In this document: positions 18,965 through 29,800 of the stretch, in pieces
Layout of the letters: each line of letters starts with the position of its first letter
Position numbering within the stretch: the first letter of the stretch is position 1
NCBI GenBank assembly: GCA_015061145.1
Contig: SUXD01000004.1
Location: 36,931-100,930 of the forward strand
DNA: 64,000 nucleotides
Reading direction: 5' to 3'
Source: Bacteroidales bacterium
Lineage (GTDB): Bacteria > Bacteroidota > Bacteroidia > Bacteroidales > Paludibacteraceae
Made by a program: the position numbers and the translations under genes
The notes under the pieces: generated by a model
Databases searched by the model: none
Told to the model about the DNA's origin: nothing
What the model saw: the letters and a program-made list of their open reading frames with translations, nothing else

Positions 18965-20797
18965 TTAACCAAGAACGAACAAAGCATCGTCCTCGAAAAC
19001 ATTGTCGCCTGGCGTGACACATATCTCAACGATTACACCGTCTTTCTCTGCATGGATTGCGTTGTAGGTTTTCATCGCCTCAATGTATCCGATGACATCG
19101 CCTTTCTTCACTTGCTGCCCTACTTTTACTGGCGTTTCGGCATTCGATTTCACCAAGAAGAATTTGCCTTCGAGCGGCGAAAGTATCTTTTCAGCATTCG
19201 AAATATTTGTGTTCGCTGTCTGTTTTTGGATATTTTCTGATTTAGGCGCACTGCCATCGTAAGAAATGGCCACCTTGTATGAATTTCCATTGATATTCAC
19301 CACGATGCTCTCGGGCATTGCACCCTTGGCTTGAGCTTTTTCGGCGCGTATTTTCTCTACCGAAGCGTTGAAATCGGCTTTCGCTTTGCCCGACTTGTAC
19401 GCCTCGTACTGCGTAGGATGCATGGCATACTCGAACAATTCTTCGTCGTCCTCGCCAGTCTCCCAGCCTTTTTCCTGCATTGTCTTGCGGAACTGCGGCA
19501 AAACATCAGGATACGAATCTTGCGGGTTGCCAGTAAAGAATTCCCGTCCTTCGGCTTTGGCGCGTTCTATCAGTTCGGGCGCCAACGGGCCAGGCAATTT
19601 GCCTGATTTGCCGAGCATCATATCCCAAATATCGTCGGCAATCATGCTCCAACGCTCCTTGCCTTTCTCCATCTGGATGACATTCATCAAAGCCATATTC
19701 TTGACATATTGGCTGAACGGCGTAACCAGACAAGGATAACCCATCATCGGCCACACATATTTCACCTCGTCGAAGAGTTTTATCAGCAATTGGTCTTGCG
19801 TCATTTTAGGCTGACCGTTTTTCTCTTTCCACTTGTTCAGACCTTCGAGATTTGTCTCAAGGTCGGTCATAAGCGAGCCCATCATGCCGCCCGGAAGTCC
19901 CGGACCGATAAGGAGCGAATTCATCCATCTGTTGCGCGCAGGGATAAACAGGCCCAAAAAATCGTCCATCATCTCTTGTATAATGGTACGCAATTCCATA
20001 TATGCCTCCATATTTATTTCCGGCACTTTGAATCCTGCATCTTTCAGCATTTCGCGAACGGCTATCACATCGGCGTGTCCTGTACCCCACGAAAGCGGTT
20101 CCATTGCCACATCCACATAGTCGCAGCCAGCCTTGCACACTTCCAGGATAGTTGCCATTGAGAATCCTGGACCTGCGTGACCATGATATTGAATTTTGAT
20201 GTCAGGATACTTATCTTTAATATTCTTGGTGATTTTACCCAAAAATACGGGGCGCGCCACGCCTGCCATATCCTTCAGACATATTTCGTCGGCGCCTGCC
20301 TCTATCAGTTCGAAAGCAAGATTTGTGTAATACTCAACGGTGTGCAACGGCGAGTAGGTGATACTCATGGCCGCCTGCGAAATCATGCCCGCTTCCTTAG
20401 CATAGCTTATGGAAGGGATGATGTTGCGTGTATCGTTCAGTCCGCAGAAGGTACGAGTGATGTCAACGCCCTGCGCTTTTTTCACCTTATAGAACAATTT
20501 GCGGACATCGGCTGGAACGGGACTCATGCGCAAGCCGTTGAGCGCACGGTCGAGCATGTGCGTCTGTATGCCAGCATCATGAAACGGTTTTGTCCACGCA
20601 CGTACTGCTTTGTTTGGATTTTCGCCAAAGAGCAGATTAATTTGTTCGAAACCGCCGCCATTTGTCTCCACACGGGCGAAACATCCCATTTTGATGATTG
20701 CCGGCGCAGCCTTGAGCAACTGATCGACGCGAGGCACATATTTGCCCGACGACTGCCACATATCTCTGAAAACCAGACTGAATTTTATTTCTTTCAT
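18965..20797 (-). CDS. oadA: Oxaloacetate decarboxylase alpha subunit (carboxyltransferase plus biotinyl domain)
   Basis: FRDMWQS...ETNGGGFEQ HMGL-like carboxyltransferase domain and a C-terminal biotinyl-lysine context (GYIEAMKTYNAI). Start set at MKEIKF (20797) rather than the extended ORF. Confidence 0.85.
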   Translation of the reverse strand: MKEIKFSLVFRDMWQSSGKYVPRVDQLLKAAPAIIKMGCFARVETNGGGFEQINLLFGENPNKAVRAWTKPFHDAGIQTHMLDRALNGLRMSPVPADVRKLFYKVKKAQGVDITRTFCGLNDTRNIIPSISYAKEAGMISQAAMSITYSPLHTVEYYTNLAFELIEAGADEICLKDMAGVARPVFLGKITKNIKDKYPDIKIQYHGHAGPGFSMATILEVCKAGCDYVDVAMEPLSWGTGHADVIAVREMLKDAGFKVPEINMEAYMELRTIIQEMMDDFLGLFIPARNRWMNSLLIGPGLPGGMMGSLMTDLETNLEGLNKWKEKNGQPKMTQDQLLIKLFDEVKYVWPMMGYPCLVTPFSQYVKNMALMNVIQMEKGKERWSMIADDIWDMMLGKSGKLPGPLAPELIERAKAEGREFFTGNPQDSYPDVLPQFRKTMQEKGWETGEDDEELFEYAMHPTQYEAYKSGKAKADFNASVEKIRAEKAQAKGAMPESIVVNINGNSYKVAISYDGSAPKSENIQKQTANTNISNAEKILSPLEGKFFLVKSNAETPVKVGQQVKKGDVIGYIEAMKTYNAIHAEKDGVIVEICVTPGDNVFEDDALFVLG

Positions 20798-20822
20798 AGT
20801 ATTTTGTTTTATATTTATTCTG

Positions 20823-21083
20823 TTAGATTTTTTCAACTTTAGTCACTTTCCCTTTTCCGCCAGTTATCATCTTCACGGTTTCTGCTATCACCAAAGCGTC
20901 GACAGCATCAATGGGCTTAGAGGCATCTGACGGTCGCTGAGCGGTTTTTTCCTCCTCGGCAGGTATAAAACGATTGATAAATAAAATGAGATATTTGCTC
21001 AAGAGAATGAGCAGCATCAAGACTACAAAAACAGTAGTCATTCCGACAAGAGCGAGCAAAAGCCCGAATTGTAGATTTTCCAT
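20823..21083 (-). CDS. oadG: Oxaloacetate decarboxylase gamma subunit
   Basis: 86 aa with a single N-terminal TM helix (LLLALVGMTTVFVVLMLLILL), immediately upstream of oadA/oadB. Confidence 0.65.
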   Translation of the reverse strand: MENLQFGLLLALVGMTTVFVVLMLLILLSKYLILFINRFIPAEEEKTAQRPSDASKPIDAVDALVIAETVKMITGGKGKVTKVEKI

Positions 21084-21139
21084 TTTTCAACAAATTAGGT
21101 TTAAGGAAAAGTAAAAGTAAGAAAGATATTTGAAAAAAC

Positions 21140-21182
21140 GAAAGAAAAAAGAAAAAATATGGGGTCAGAGACTGACCCCATA
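21140..21182 (-). terminator. Intrinsic terminator after glnN
   Basis: On the minus strand: stem tatggggtcag / ctgaccccata with loop tct, followed by ttttttcttttttc. Confidence 0.65.
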
Positions 21183-21206
21183 CACAAAATGGACAAATTG
21201 AACATT

Positions 21207-23423
21207 CTAACGAATGAACAAAAGTTCGCGATATTTAGGAAGCGGCCAAAGAGAGTCGTCCACAATCAATTCCAATTTATCAATCTGATAACGAATGTCT
21301 TCAAGTTTCGGTTCCACCTTGTCGTGATAGGCAATTGCCTTTTTGTGTTCATCCTCAATTTTGTTGACTTGCTTGCGCACATTGACAAGTTCTTCCACCT
21401 GACTTTCTATCAGAGATGTGCGCTCCGCTATTTCTTCTATCAGTTTGATGTTGCGCGAAGAAAGTTTCTTGGCATGGTCGGCAGGGAATATGTCGGCTAC
21501 ATCTTTTACATTCTTCAGCAATTGCGACTGGTAGTGTGTGGCTACCGGAATGATGTGATTCATAGACAAATCGCCTAGCACACGCGCCTCTATCTGAATT
21601 TTCTTGGTATATGTTTCCCACTTCACTTCGTTGCGCGCCTCCAGCTCTTTTTTAGTCATCACACCCAAACTCTCGAACATTTGGATGCTCTCGGCATCGA
21701 GGTAACGCTCGAAAATTTTCGGGCAACTCTTCTCCACATCAAGTCCACGCTTAGTGGCTTCTTTTACCCATTCGTCGCTATAACCGTTGCCGTCGAAACG
21801 AATCGGCTTGCAAGTTTTGATGTCCTCACGCAAAATGTCGATAATGGCATGGAATGTAGCGCTATGCCCTGTTCCCTCGAACTTTTTAGCTGTTTTGGCA
21901 ATACGGACATCCACCCGTTTCTTGAAATTGACGAGTGCTTCGGCCACTGCGGAGTTCAGCGCAATCATGGCACTAGCGCAGTTTGCCTCACTTCCTACAG
22001 CACGAAATTCGAAGCGGTTGCCTGTGAAAGCGAACGGACTTGTTCGGTTGCGGTCTGTATTGTCTATCAGCAGTTCCGGTATCTCTGGAATATTCATTTT
22101 CAAGCCCTGCTTTCCGTCCATAGCCAGTATATTCTCTTTGTCAGCCTTTTCGATGTGATCGAGCAATTCAGAAAGCTGTTTGCCGAGAAACGAACTGATG
22201 ATGGCGGGAGGTGCTTCGTTGGCGCCAAGTCGGTGAGCATTGGTGGCACTCATAATCGAAGCTTTCAACAAACCATTGTGCTTGTACACACCCATCAAAG
22301 TTTCGACAATGAAAACAGCGAAACGGAGGTTTTGCTCCGGAGTCTTGCCAGGAGCGTGGAGCAATACGCCATTGTCGGTAGAAAGGCTCCAGTTGTTATG
22401 CTTTCCGCTACCATTGATTCCTGCAAATGGTTTCTCATGAAGCAACACACGGAATCCATGTTTACGCGCCACGCGTTTCATCACCGACATCAGCAGCATA
22501 TTGTGATCGACGGCAAGATTCGTTTCTTCAAAAATCGGAGCCAATTCAAACTGATTTGGCGCCACTTCGTTATGACGAGTTTTGCAAGGCACGCCAAGTT
22601 CAAGAGCCACAATCTCCAATTCGCGCATAAAAGCGGCCACACGCTCAGGAATACTTCCGAAGTAATGGTCTTCCATCTGCTGATTCTTCGCAGAATCGTG
22701 TCCCATCAGCGTACGGCCAGTAAGCAAAAGGTCGGGACGGGCAGCATAGAGACCTTCGTCCACGAGGAAATACTCTTGTTCCCAACCAAGGTTGCTCGTC
22801 ACCTTTTTCACACTTTCGTCGAAATAATGGCAAACATCAGTAGCTGCTACATTCACCGCATGAAGGGCGCAAAGCAACGGCGCTTTATAGTCGAGCGCTT
22901 CGCCACTGTAACTGATGAACACCGTGGGGATACACAATGTATCGTCAATGATAAACACAGGCGAAGTAGGATCCCAAGCCGAATAACCGCGGGCTTCGAA
23001 AGTGCTTCGGATACCTCCGCTGGGGAACGAACTTGCATCAGGTTCCTGCTGTACCAGCAGTTTTCCCGTAAATTCTTCTACCATGCCGCCCTTGCCGTCA
23101 TGTTCGATAAACGAATCATGTTTTTCGGCGGTGCCTTCTGTCAACGGCTGGAACCAATGCGTATAATGCGTCACGCCATTTTCCATTGCCCACTGTTTCA
23201 TGCCTTTGGCTACATCATCGGCCACTTCGCGGTCGAGTCGAACGCCATTGTCCATCACATCTATCATTTTCTCGTACACGCTTTTCGGCAGATAGCGATA
23301 CATTTTCTCACGATTGAAAACTTTGCTGCCAAAATATCTGTCCGGCCTTTCGTCGGGTGCTTTCACTTCGAGCGGTTTTTTCTTAAAAGCCGTTCCTACA
23401 ACTTGAAATCTTAATGTTTCCAT
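21207..23423 (-). CDS. glnN: Glutamine synthetase type III
   Basis: 738 aa, the size and sequence style of GSIII (FGSKVFNREKM..., NEVAPNQFELAPIFE, NGSGKHNNWS), as found in Bacteroides. Confidence 0.9.
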   Translation of the reverse strand: METLRFQVVGTAFKKKPLEVKAPDERPDRYFGSKVFNREKMYRYLPKSVYEKMIDVMDNGVRLDREVADDVAKGMKQWAMENGVTHYTHWFQPLTEGTAEKHDSFIEHDGKGGMVEEFTGKLLVQQEPDASSFPSGGIRSTFEARGYSAWDPTSPVFIIDDTLCIPTVFISYSGEALDYKAPLLCALHAVNVAATDVCHYFDESVKKVTSNLGWEQEYFLVDEGLYAARPDLLLTGRTLMGHDSAKNQQMEDHYFGSIPERVAAFMRELEIVALELGVPCKTRHNEVAPNQFELAPIFEETNLAVDHNMLLMSVMKRVARKHGFRVLLHEKPFAGINGSGKHNNWSLSTDNGVLLHAPGKTPEQNLRFAVFIVETLMGVYKHNGLLKASIMSATNAHRLGANEAPPAIISSFLGKQLSELLDHIEKADKENILAMDGKQGLKMNIPEIPELLIDNTDRNRTSPFAFTGNRFEFRAVGSEANCASAMIALNSAVAEALVNFKKRVDVRIAKTAKKFEGTGHSATFHAIIDILREDIKTCKPIRFDGNGYSDEWVKEATKRGLDVEKSCPKIFERYLDAESIQMFESLGVMTKKELEARNEVKWETYTKKIQIEARVLGDLSMNHIIPVATHYQSQLLKNVKDVADIFPADHAKKLSSRNIKLIEEIAERTSLIESQVEELVNVRKQVNKIEDEHKKAIAYHDKVEPKLEDIRYQIDKLELIVDDSLWPLPKYRELLFIR

Positions 23424-23443
23424 ATTCTTTTTATTTTAAAGTG

Positions 23444-24682
23444 TTAATTTCTGTTAATCCATTTCTCTATTCTCCTCAACGCTTCGTCTGTCTGTTCGTG
23501 GCTGCCAAAAGCGGTGAATCGGACGTATCCTTCGCCACTCGGACCAAAACCAACGCCAGGAGTACACACCACATGCGCGCCATAAAGCATCTGCTCGAAA
23601 AATTGCCATGAAGTGAGTGAATCGGGCGTTTTCATCCATACATAAGGCGCGTTCTCGCCACCATATACTTCAAACCCAAGTTCTTTGAATGTTGCCAGCA
23701 ATTTGTGCGCATTCCGCATATAGTAACTGACCATCTGCTGTATCTGCAGTTTTCCGGCCGAAGAATAGATGGCCTCGGCGGCACGTTGCGAAATGTAACT
23801 TGCTCCGTTGAACTTGGTGCACTGCCTGCGATTCCAAAGCGAATGAAGAGAAACACGCGCACCATCACGCGAAGCCATAGTCAAATCTTTGGGTATCACC
23901 GTATAGCCACAACGAATACCCGTGAATCCAGCAGTTTTAGAATATGAACGAAATTCAACGGCACACTTCTGCGCTCCAGGTATTTCGTAGATACTGCGCG
24001 GAATATTCAAATCGGTGATATATGCCTGATAGGCAGCATCGTAAAAAATCAAAGCGTCATTCGCCAACGCATAATCCACCCATTTTTGCAATTCTTCTCT
24101 ACATAGCACCGTTCCTGTCGGGTTGTTAGGATAACACAAATATATCACATCCATTTCCCGCCCCTCAGGTATTTGCGGCACAAAACCGTTTTCGGCAGTG
24201 CACGGAATATACACTACGTCAGACCAGCGACCTTGCTGAAAAACGCCTGTACGACCAGCCATCACGTTCGAATCGAGATAGACGGGATAGACGGGGTCGG
24301 TCAGCGCAACAACATCGTCAGTTGAGAGCAGTTCCTGAATATTGCCCGTATCCGATTTTGCGCCATCGTTGATGAATATCTCATCCGCTTCAATGCGAAT
24401 GCCATAGGGATGGAAATCGTTGTCGCGAATAGCTTCGCGCAAAAAGTCGTAGCCCTGTTCTGGTCCGTAGCCTCGAAAGGAAGATGACACGGCCATTTCA
24501 TCGGTCGCCTTGTGCATCGCCTCAATGGCAGCAGGACAAAGCGGTTGCGTCACATCGCCTATGCCTAAGGATATTACTTCAGCCTCGGGATGCGTTGCCT
24601 TGAAAGCCTTTACTCTCTTAGCTATGTCGGCAAACAAATAATTGTTTTGTAATTTTAGAAAATTCTCGTTTATCAGTGCCAT
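23444..24682 (-). CDS. dapL: LL-diaminopimelate aminotransferase
   Basis: 412 aa. [24 protein letters not shown] start and PLP-lysine context ([17 protein letters not shown]) are typical of DapL. Confidence 0.85.
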   Translation of the reverse strand: MALINENFLKLQNNYLFADIAKRVKAFKATHPEAEVISLGIGDVTQPLCPAAIEAMHKATDEMAVSSSFRGYGPEQGYDFLREAIRDNDFHPYGIRIEADEIFINDGAKSDTGNIQELLSTDDVVALTDPVYPVYLDSNVMAGRTGVFQQGRWSDVVYIPCTAENGFVPQIPEGREMDVIYLCYPNNPTGTVLCREELQKWVDYALANDALIFYDAAYQAYITDLNIPRSIYEIPGAQKCAVEFRSYSKTAGFTGIRCGYTVIPKDLTMASRDGARVSLHSLWNRRQCTKFNGASYISQRAAEAIYSSAGKLQIQQMVSYYMRNAHKLLATFKELGFEVYGGENAPYVWMKTPDSLTSWQFFEQMLYGAHVVCTPGVGFGPSGEGYVRFTAFGSHEQTDEALRRIEKWINRN

Positions 24683-24693
24683 TGTTGTATATT

Positions 24694-25497
24694 TTAGATT
24701 TCTATTTCTCCGTCGAACACAAATTCAGCTGGTCCAGTCATATATACATGGTTGTCGGTTTGCCGCCATTCAATGTTCAGCGTGCCGCCGTCCATAACGA
24801 TTTCCGCCTGCCGCCCGCTCCGCCCGGTGAGGCATGCAGCCACCGCCGTAGCACAAGCGCCTGTACCGCAAGCCATTGTGATGCCGCTGCCGCGCTCCCA
24901 CACACGGGTTCGGATGATGCCGCCATTTTCGACATGAGCAAACTCTATATTACACCGTTGCGGAAATGCAGCGTGATGCTCCAACAATCTCCCTTCCGTT
25001 TCCACTCGATTCACATCATCGGTAAAAATGACATAATGCGGATTGCCCATCGAAACGAAAGTGCCTTCGGCATTTCCATACTCGGGAAGAAACAAGCGTC
25101 TATCGGAAAATACGGGCGAAAGCATGTCAACCGTAACACTCTTCACTTTTGCGCCATCAAGATGAAGCGAAATCAACTTTATGCCCGAAAGCGTAAATAA
25201 CCTGATTTGCGTTTTATCTGTCAAACCTCTTTCATATAAATATTTGCCAATACACCTCGATGCATTTCCGCACATCATCGCTTCGGAGCCGTCCGCGTTG
25301 AAAATACGCATAGAAAAATCAGCTTCGGGAACAGGCGAGTGTCCGATGAGTACTAGCCCGTCACTTCCTATCCCCGTATGCGGACGGCTCCATGCGATGG
25401 CTGCAGATGCGGGGTCGGGCAAGTCATATTGCATCGCATTGACATAAATATAGTCGTTGCCAGCCCCGTGCATTTTTGTGAATGGTATCTTTGTCAT
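24694..25497 (-). CDS. dapF: Diaminopimelate epimerase
   Basis: [13 protein letters not shown] start and the two catalytic Cys contexts (MMCGNASRC; [12 protein letters not shown]). Confidence 0.9.
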   Translation of the reverse strand: MTKIPFTKMHGAGNDYIYVNAMQYDLPDPASAAIAWSRPHTGIGSDGLVLIGHSPVPEADFSMRIFNADGSEAMMCGNASRCIGKYLYERGLTDKTQIRLFTLSGIKLISLHLDGAKVKSVTVDMLSPVFSDRRLFLPEYGNAEGTFVSMGNPHYVIFTDDVNRVETEGRLLEHHAAFPQRCNIEFAHVENGGIIRTRVWERGSGITMACGTGACATAVAACLTGRSGRQAEIVMDGGTLNIEWRQTDNHVYMTGPAEFVFDGEIEI

Positions 25498-26843
25498 TTT
25501 TCTGATAAATATTTGTCAATTTTTGCCGCAGTCTGTTTGCCGCTTGCCATAGCACGGACGACAAGACTTGCGCCGTTGGCTGCATCGCCGCATACAAAAA
25601 CATTTTCGGCATACTGCGGATGTTCCGGTTTGAGGAATCCCATAGCAAGAAGCGCCAGTTCGGCTTTGATGATTTCAGGTTCGCCTTGGGGCACCATCAG
25701 CGGACGACCGCCTTCGGGATTCGGTTTCCAATCGATTTCTTGTACTTTCACACCAGTGAGATGCCCATTTTCACCAATAAATTCCAATGTATTTATGTTC
25801 CATCGGCGCGTGCATCCTTCTTCATGACTTGATGTTGTCTTCAATGTCCGAGGATAATTAGGCCAAGGATTTTTAGGGTCATCCGGACCTTCCACAGGTT
25901 TCGGCATGATCTCAATTTGGGTGACACTCTTGCATTCTTGTCGGTGTGCCGTGCCAATGCAGTCGCTTCCCGTATCGCCACCGCCTATGACAAGCACATC
26001 TTTGCCTTTGGCAGTGACGCGTTCGTCTTTGCTATACTCTGCACCAGCCAATACACGGTTCTGTTGAGCCAGAAGATCTAATGCAAAATAAACCCCTTTC
26101 AATTCGCGACCAGGGATAGTCAGGTCGCGAGCCGTTGGTGTGCCAGTAGCCACGACAACGGCATCATATTGCTTTGAGAACACCTCGTCGCATACAACAG
26201 ACTCGCCGTAGCGGAAAGTGATGCCTTCTTCTTCGAGCAAGCGCAATCTTCTGTCAATCACCGCTTTATTCAATTTGAAATTCGGAATGCCAAACCTCAA
26301 CAAACCGCCTGCCGCCTCATTCTTTTCGAATACTGTCACTGCATAACCCATGAGGTTCAAATCGTGGGCAGCGGCAAGCCCTGCAGGACCGGCGCCAATA
26401 ACGGCTACCCGTTTCCCGTTGCGTTTCGGGTGACGAACGGTTACAAAACCTTCACGAAAAGCCGCCTCGATAATGGCGCACTCATCTTCCCGGTTGGTTG
26501 TCGGCTCGTGAGCAATAAGATTCAATATGCAAGCTTTCTCGCAGAGTGCAGGGCAAACTCTTCCTGTGAATTCGGGGAAAGGGTTTGTAACGCTGAGCAG
26601 ATGGTAAGCCTTCTCCCATTCGCCCTGATGCAGAGCATCGTTCCACTCAGGCGGCTTGTTGCCCAATGGACATGCCCAGTGGCAAAACGGTACGCCGCAA
26701 TCCATACAACGGCTGGCCTGCAATTTTCTGTCTTTGGCATTGAGCGTCTGCTCCACTTCGCCAAAATCATGTATTCTGTCGTTAATCGGACGGTATCCCG
26801 CCTCCTGACGGTGTATTTCTAAAAAACCTTTTGAATTTCCCAT
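25494..26843 (-). CDS. gltD: Glutamate synthase small (NADPH) subunit
   Basis: Fe-S Cys cluster ([17 protein letters not shown]) and dinucleotide folds [14 protein letters not shown] and [11 protein letters not shown]. Start set at MGNSKGF (26843), which leaves a 19-nt gap to the gltB stop. Confidence 0.9.
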   Translation of the reverse strand: MGNSKGFLEIHRQEAGYRPINDRIHDFGEVEQTLNAKDRKLQASRCMDCGVPFCHWACPLGNKPPEWNDALHQGEWEKAYHLLSVTNPFPEFTGRVCPALCEKACILNLIAHEPTTNREDECAIIEAAFREGFVTVRHPKRNGKRVAVIGAGPAGLAAAHDLNLMGYAVTVFEKNEAAGGLLRFGIPNFKLNKAVIDRRLRLLEEEGITFRYGESVVCDEVFSKQYDAVVVATGTPTARDLTIPGRELKGVYFALDLLAQQNRVLAGAEYSKDERVTAKGKDVLVIGGGDTGSDCIGTAHRQECKSVTQIEIMPKPVEGPDDPKNPWPNYPRTLKTTSSHEEGCTRRWNINTLEFIGENGHLTGVKVQEIDWKPNPEGGRPLMVPQGEPEIIKAELALLAMGFLKPEHPQYAENVFVCGDAANGASLVVRAMASGKQTAAKIDKYLSEK

Positions 26844-26862
26844 AATTATGAATTGTTGAATG

Positions 26863-29800
26863 TTAATAATGGTGTTGCATATCAGCAATTTTTTCATTCA
26901 GTCTTGCCATTTGCTCTTCTTGAAGCACACGCTTGTATTCAAATGGAATGACCTGCACAAATTCCTCTAGATAACGGTTCCAATCGTCAAGCATTTTCTT
27001 AGCCAATTTTGAGCCCGTATAATGATAGTGCAGGTTGATGAGTTCGTGCAACTCTTTGCGACTGACATTATCTTCTACAAGATTTATTTCCACCATATCC
27101 ATATTGCAGAAATAATCAAAATCGTGATTCTTGTTCCAAACATACGCTACGCCACCCGACATGCCTGCGGCAAAATTGCGTCCAGTCTGTCCGAGCACTA
27201 CCACCCGACCGCCAGTCATATACTCGCAGCAATGGTCGCCTGCACCCTCTATCACCGCTGTAGCGCCAGAATTTCGAACAGCAAAGCGTTCGCCGACTTT
27301 TCCGCTGACATATACTTCACCACGGGTAGCTCCATAAAGTCCTGTATTGCCAGCTATGATATTCTCTTCAGCAGCGAAAGTGGCATCTGATGGCGGCAAT
27401 ATCATAATTCGGCCACCCGACAATCCTTTTGCAAAATAATCGTTCGTTTCACCTTCGAGCCTAAAATCAATGCCATGTGCAAGAAACGCTCCAAACGATT
27501 GTCCTGCTGAGCCTTTGAAGGTTACACGCAACATGCTTTCAGGCAGTCCTGCCATACCGTATCGTTGAGCCACAACACCAGAAAGCATCGTGCCCACAGC
27601 GCGGTCGGTGTTATGGATGGCATAATTGAGTTCCACGGGTTTCTGTTGAGAGAGTGTACACGCCGAATCCTCTACCATTCGTTGATCGAGCACTTTTTCG
27701 CGCATGCCAAGCGGAAGCGAAGGTTTCTTTATGTCGCCCGTAAAATGCAATGTTCCTTCCTCGCGATACAGAATTCTTCCGAAATCGAGCACTGACGGTT
27801 TTGTTTCAATCAGTTCGGTATGTCCCACAATGTCGTTCAGCGACTTGAATCCCATTTCGGCCAAATATTCTCGAACTTCTTGAGCCAGGAAAGTGAAATA
27901 ATTCACAAGGTATTCGTAATGTCCCATGAAGTGCTTCCTCAACTCCGGGCTTTGCGTCGCTACGCCCATCGGACAAGTGTTCTGGCTGCACTTGCGCATC
28001 ATCATGCAACCGAGCACTATCAGCACTGCCGTACCGAAACCGAATTCTTCAGCGCCTAGCAGCGCCATCAGCACCACATCGCGACCGGTCTTAATCTGTC
28101 CGTCTACTTGCAGTCTCACGCCAGCGCGCAATCCGTTGCGTACAAGTGTCTGCTGTGTTTCGCTCAGTCCGATTTCCGGCGAGATGCCAGCGAAACGCAT
28201 ACTGCTGGAAGGAGATGCGCCCGTGCCTCCTTCAGATCCGCTAATCACGATGAGGTCGGCTTTCGCTTTTGCCACACCTGCAGCAATGGTTCCCACGCCA
28301 CTCTCAGCCACCAGTTTCACCGAAATGGCAGCTTTAGGGTTGACATTTTTCAAATCAAAAATCAATTGCGCCAAGTCTTCTATACTATAGATATCGTGAT
28401 GTGGAGGAGGCGATATAAGTGAAATTCCTGGAATGCTATGGCGGGTTTTGGCTATCACTTCATTCACTTTGAAGCCCGGCAACTGCCCGCCTTCGCCCGG
28501 TTTTGCACCTTGCGCCACTTTTATCTGTATCTCCTCGGCATTCACCAGATACTCAGCCGTCACGCCAAAACGACCTGATGCCACCTGTTTTGTCTTGGAG
28601 CAAAGGCTGATGCCTTCGAACTGCGAATGGAAACGCTCGGAATCCTCGCCGCCTTCGCCAGTATTGCTTCGGGCACCAAGTTTGTTCATGGCAAGACATA
28701 TCGCCTCGTGCGCCTCTTTGCTCAAGGCGCCGAATGACATGGCACCTGTCACAAAATGTTTCACAATGCTTTCCACTGGCTCCACTTCATCAATGGCGAT
28801 AGGGTTTTTCTTGAATCCAAAAAAGTCGCGAATGAATATCGGTTGCTCCTTGTCGTCAACAAGGCGGCTGAACTCCTTGAATTTCTGATAATCTCCTTTG
28901 CGTGTAGCCAACTGCAACGCCACAATAGTTTCCGGATTCCAAGCATGCTTGATGCCATCCTTTCTCCAACGGAACTGGCCCAACGTAGGCAAAATGGACT
29001 GCTGCGCATCGCTATTGTACGCTGCAGTATGGAATGCTACCGCATCAGCGGCTATTTTATCCAAGCCAACGCCACCCACAGTGCTGACGCTTGTTCCAAA
29101 ATATTTCTTTAACAGCTCTTCGCTCAATCCTATGCTCTCAAAAATCTTGGCACCACGATACGAACGAATCGTTGAGATACCCATCTTCGCCATAATTTTA
29201 AACAAGCCTTTTTTCACGGCTTTGATATAATTGGCTTCGGCTGTCGCATAATCTTCTTGTATTTTATGTCTCTTAACAAGGTCGTCGAGAATTGCATAGG
29301 TCATGTAAGGACAAAGTGCAGATGCTCCGTATCCCAATAGCAAAGCCGCATGCATCGTCTCACGAATTTCTCCCGACTCGACAATGAGCGCCGTCTGCAC
29401 ACGCTTGCCAGCCGCTATCAGATGATGATGCACTGCCGAAACAGCCAACAGCGACGGAATCGCCACATGTTCTGCATCAGCTCCCTTATCTGTAAGAATA
29501 ATGTAATTATATCCGTCATCCACGCTTTTCTCAGCCTGACTGCATAACGTATCGAGCGCTTTGCGAAGCCCCTCACCACCTTTCGTTCCATCGAAAAGCA
29601 TCGGCAACTTAATGGTGTCAAAACCTTTGTATCTGATATTGCAAAGAATATCCAACTGCGCATTCGTCAGAATAGGATGAGGCAAGCGCACCATTTTGCA
29701 ATTTGTCTCGTCAGGAGTCAGAATTCCCGTTCCAACGCGACCGATATATTCCGTAAGGCTCATCACCAGTTCCTCTCTTATAGAGTCGATAGCTGGGTTT

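Noticed and set aside
19040-19075. Biotinylation motif reads AMKT rather than the usual AMKM in OadA.
   Set aside because: The lysine and flanking context are intact. It is a single conservative deviation and I cannot judge its significance without an alignment.
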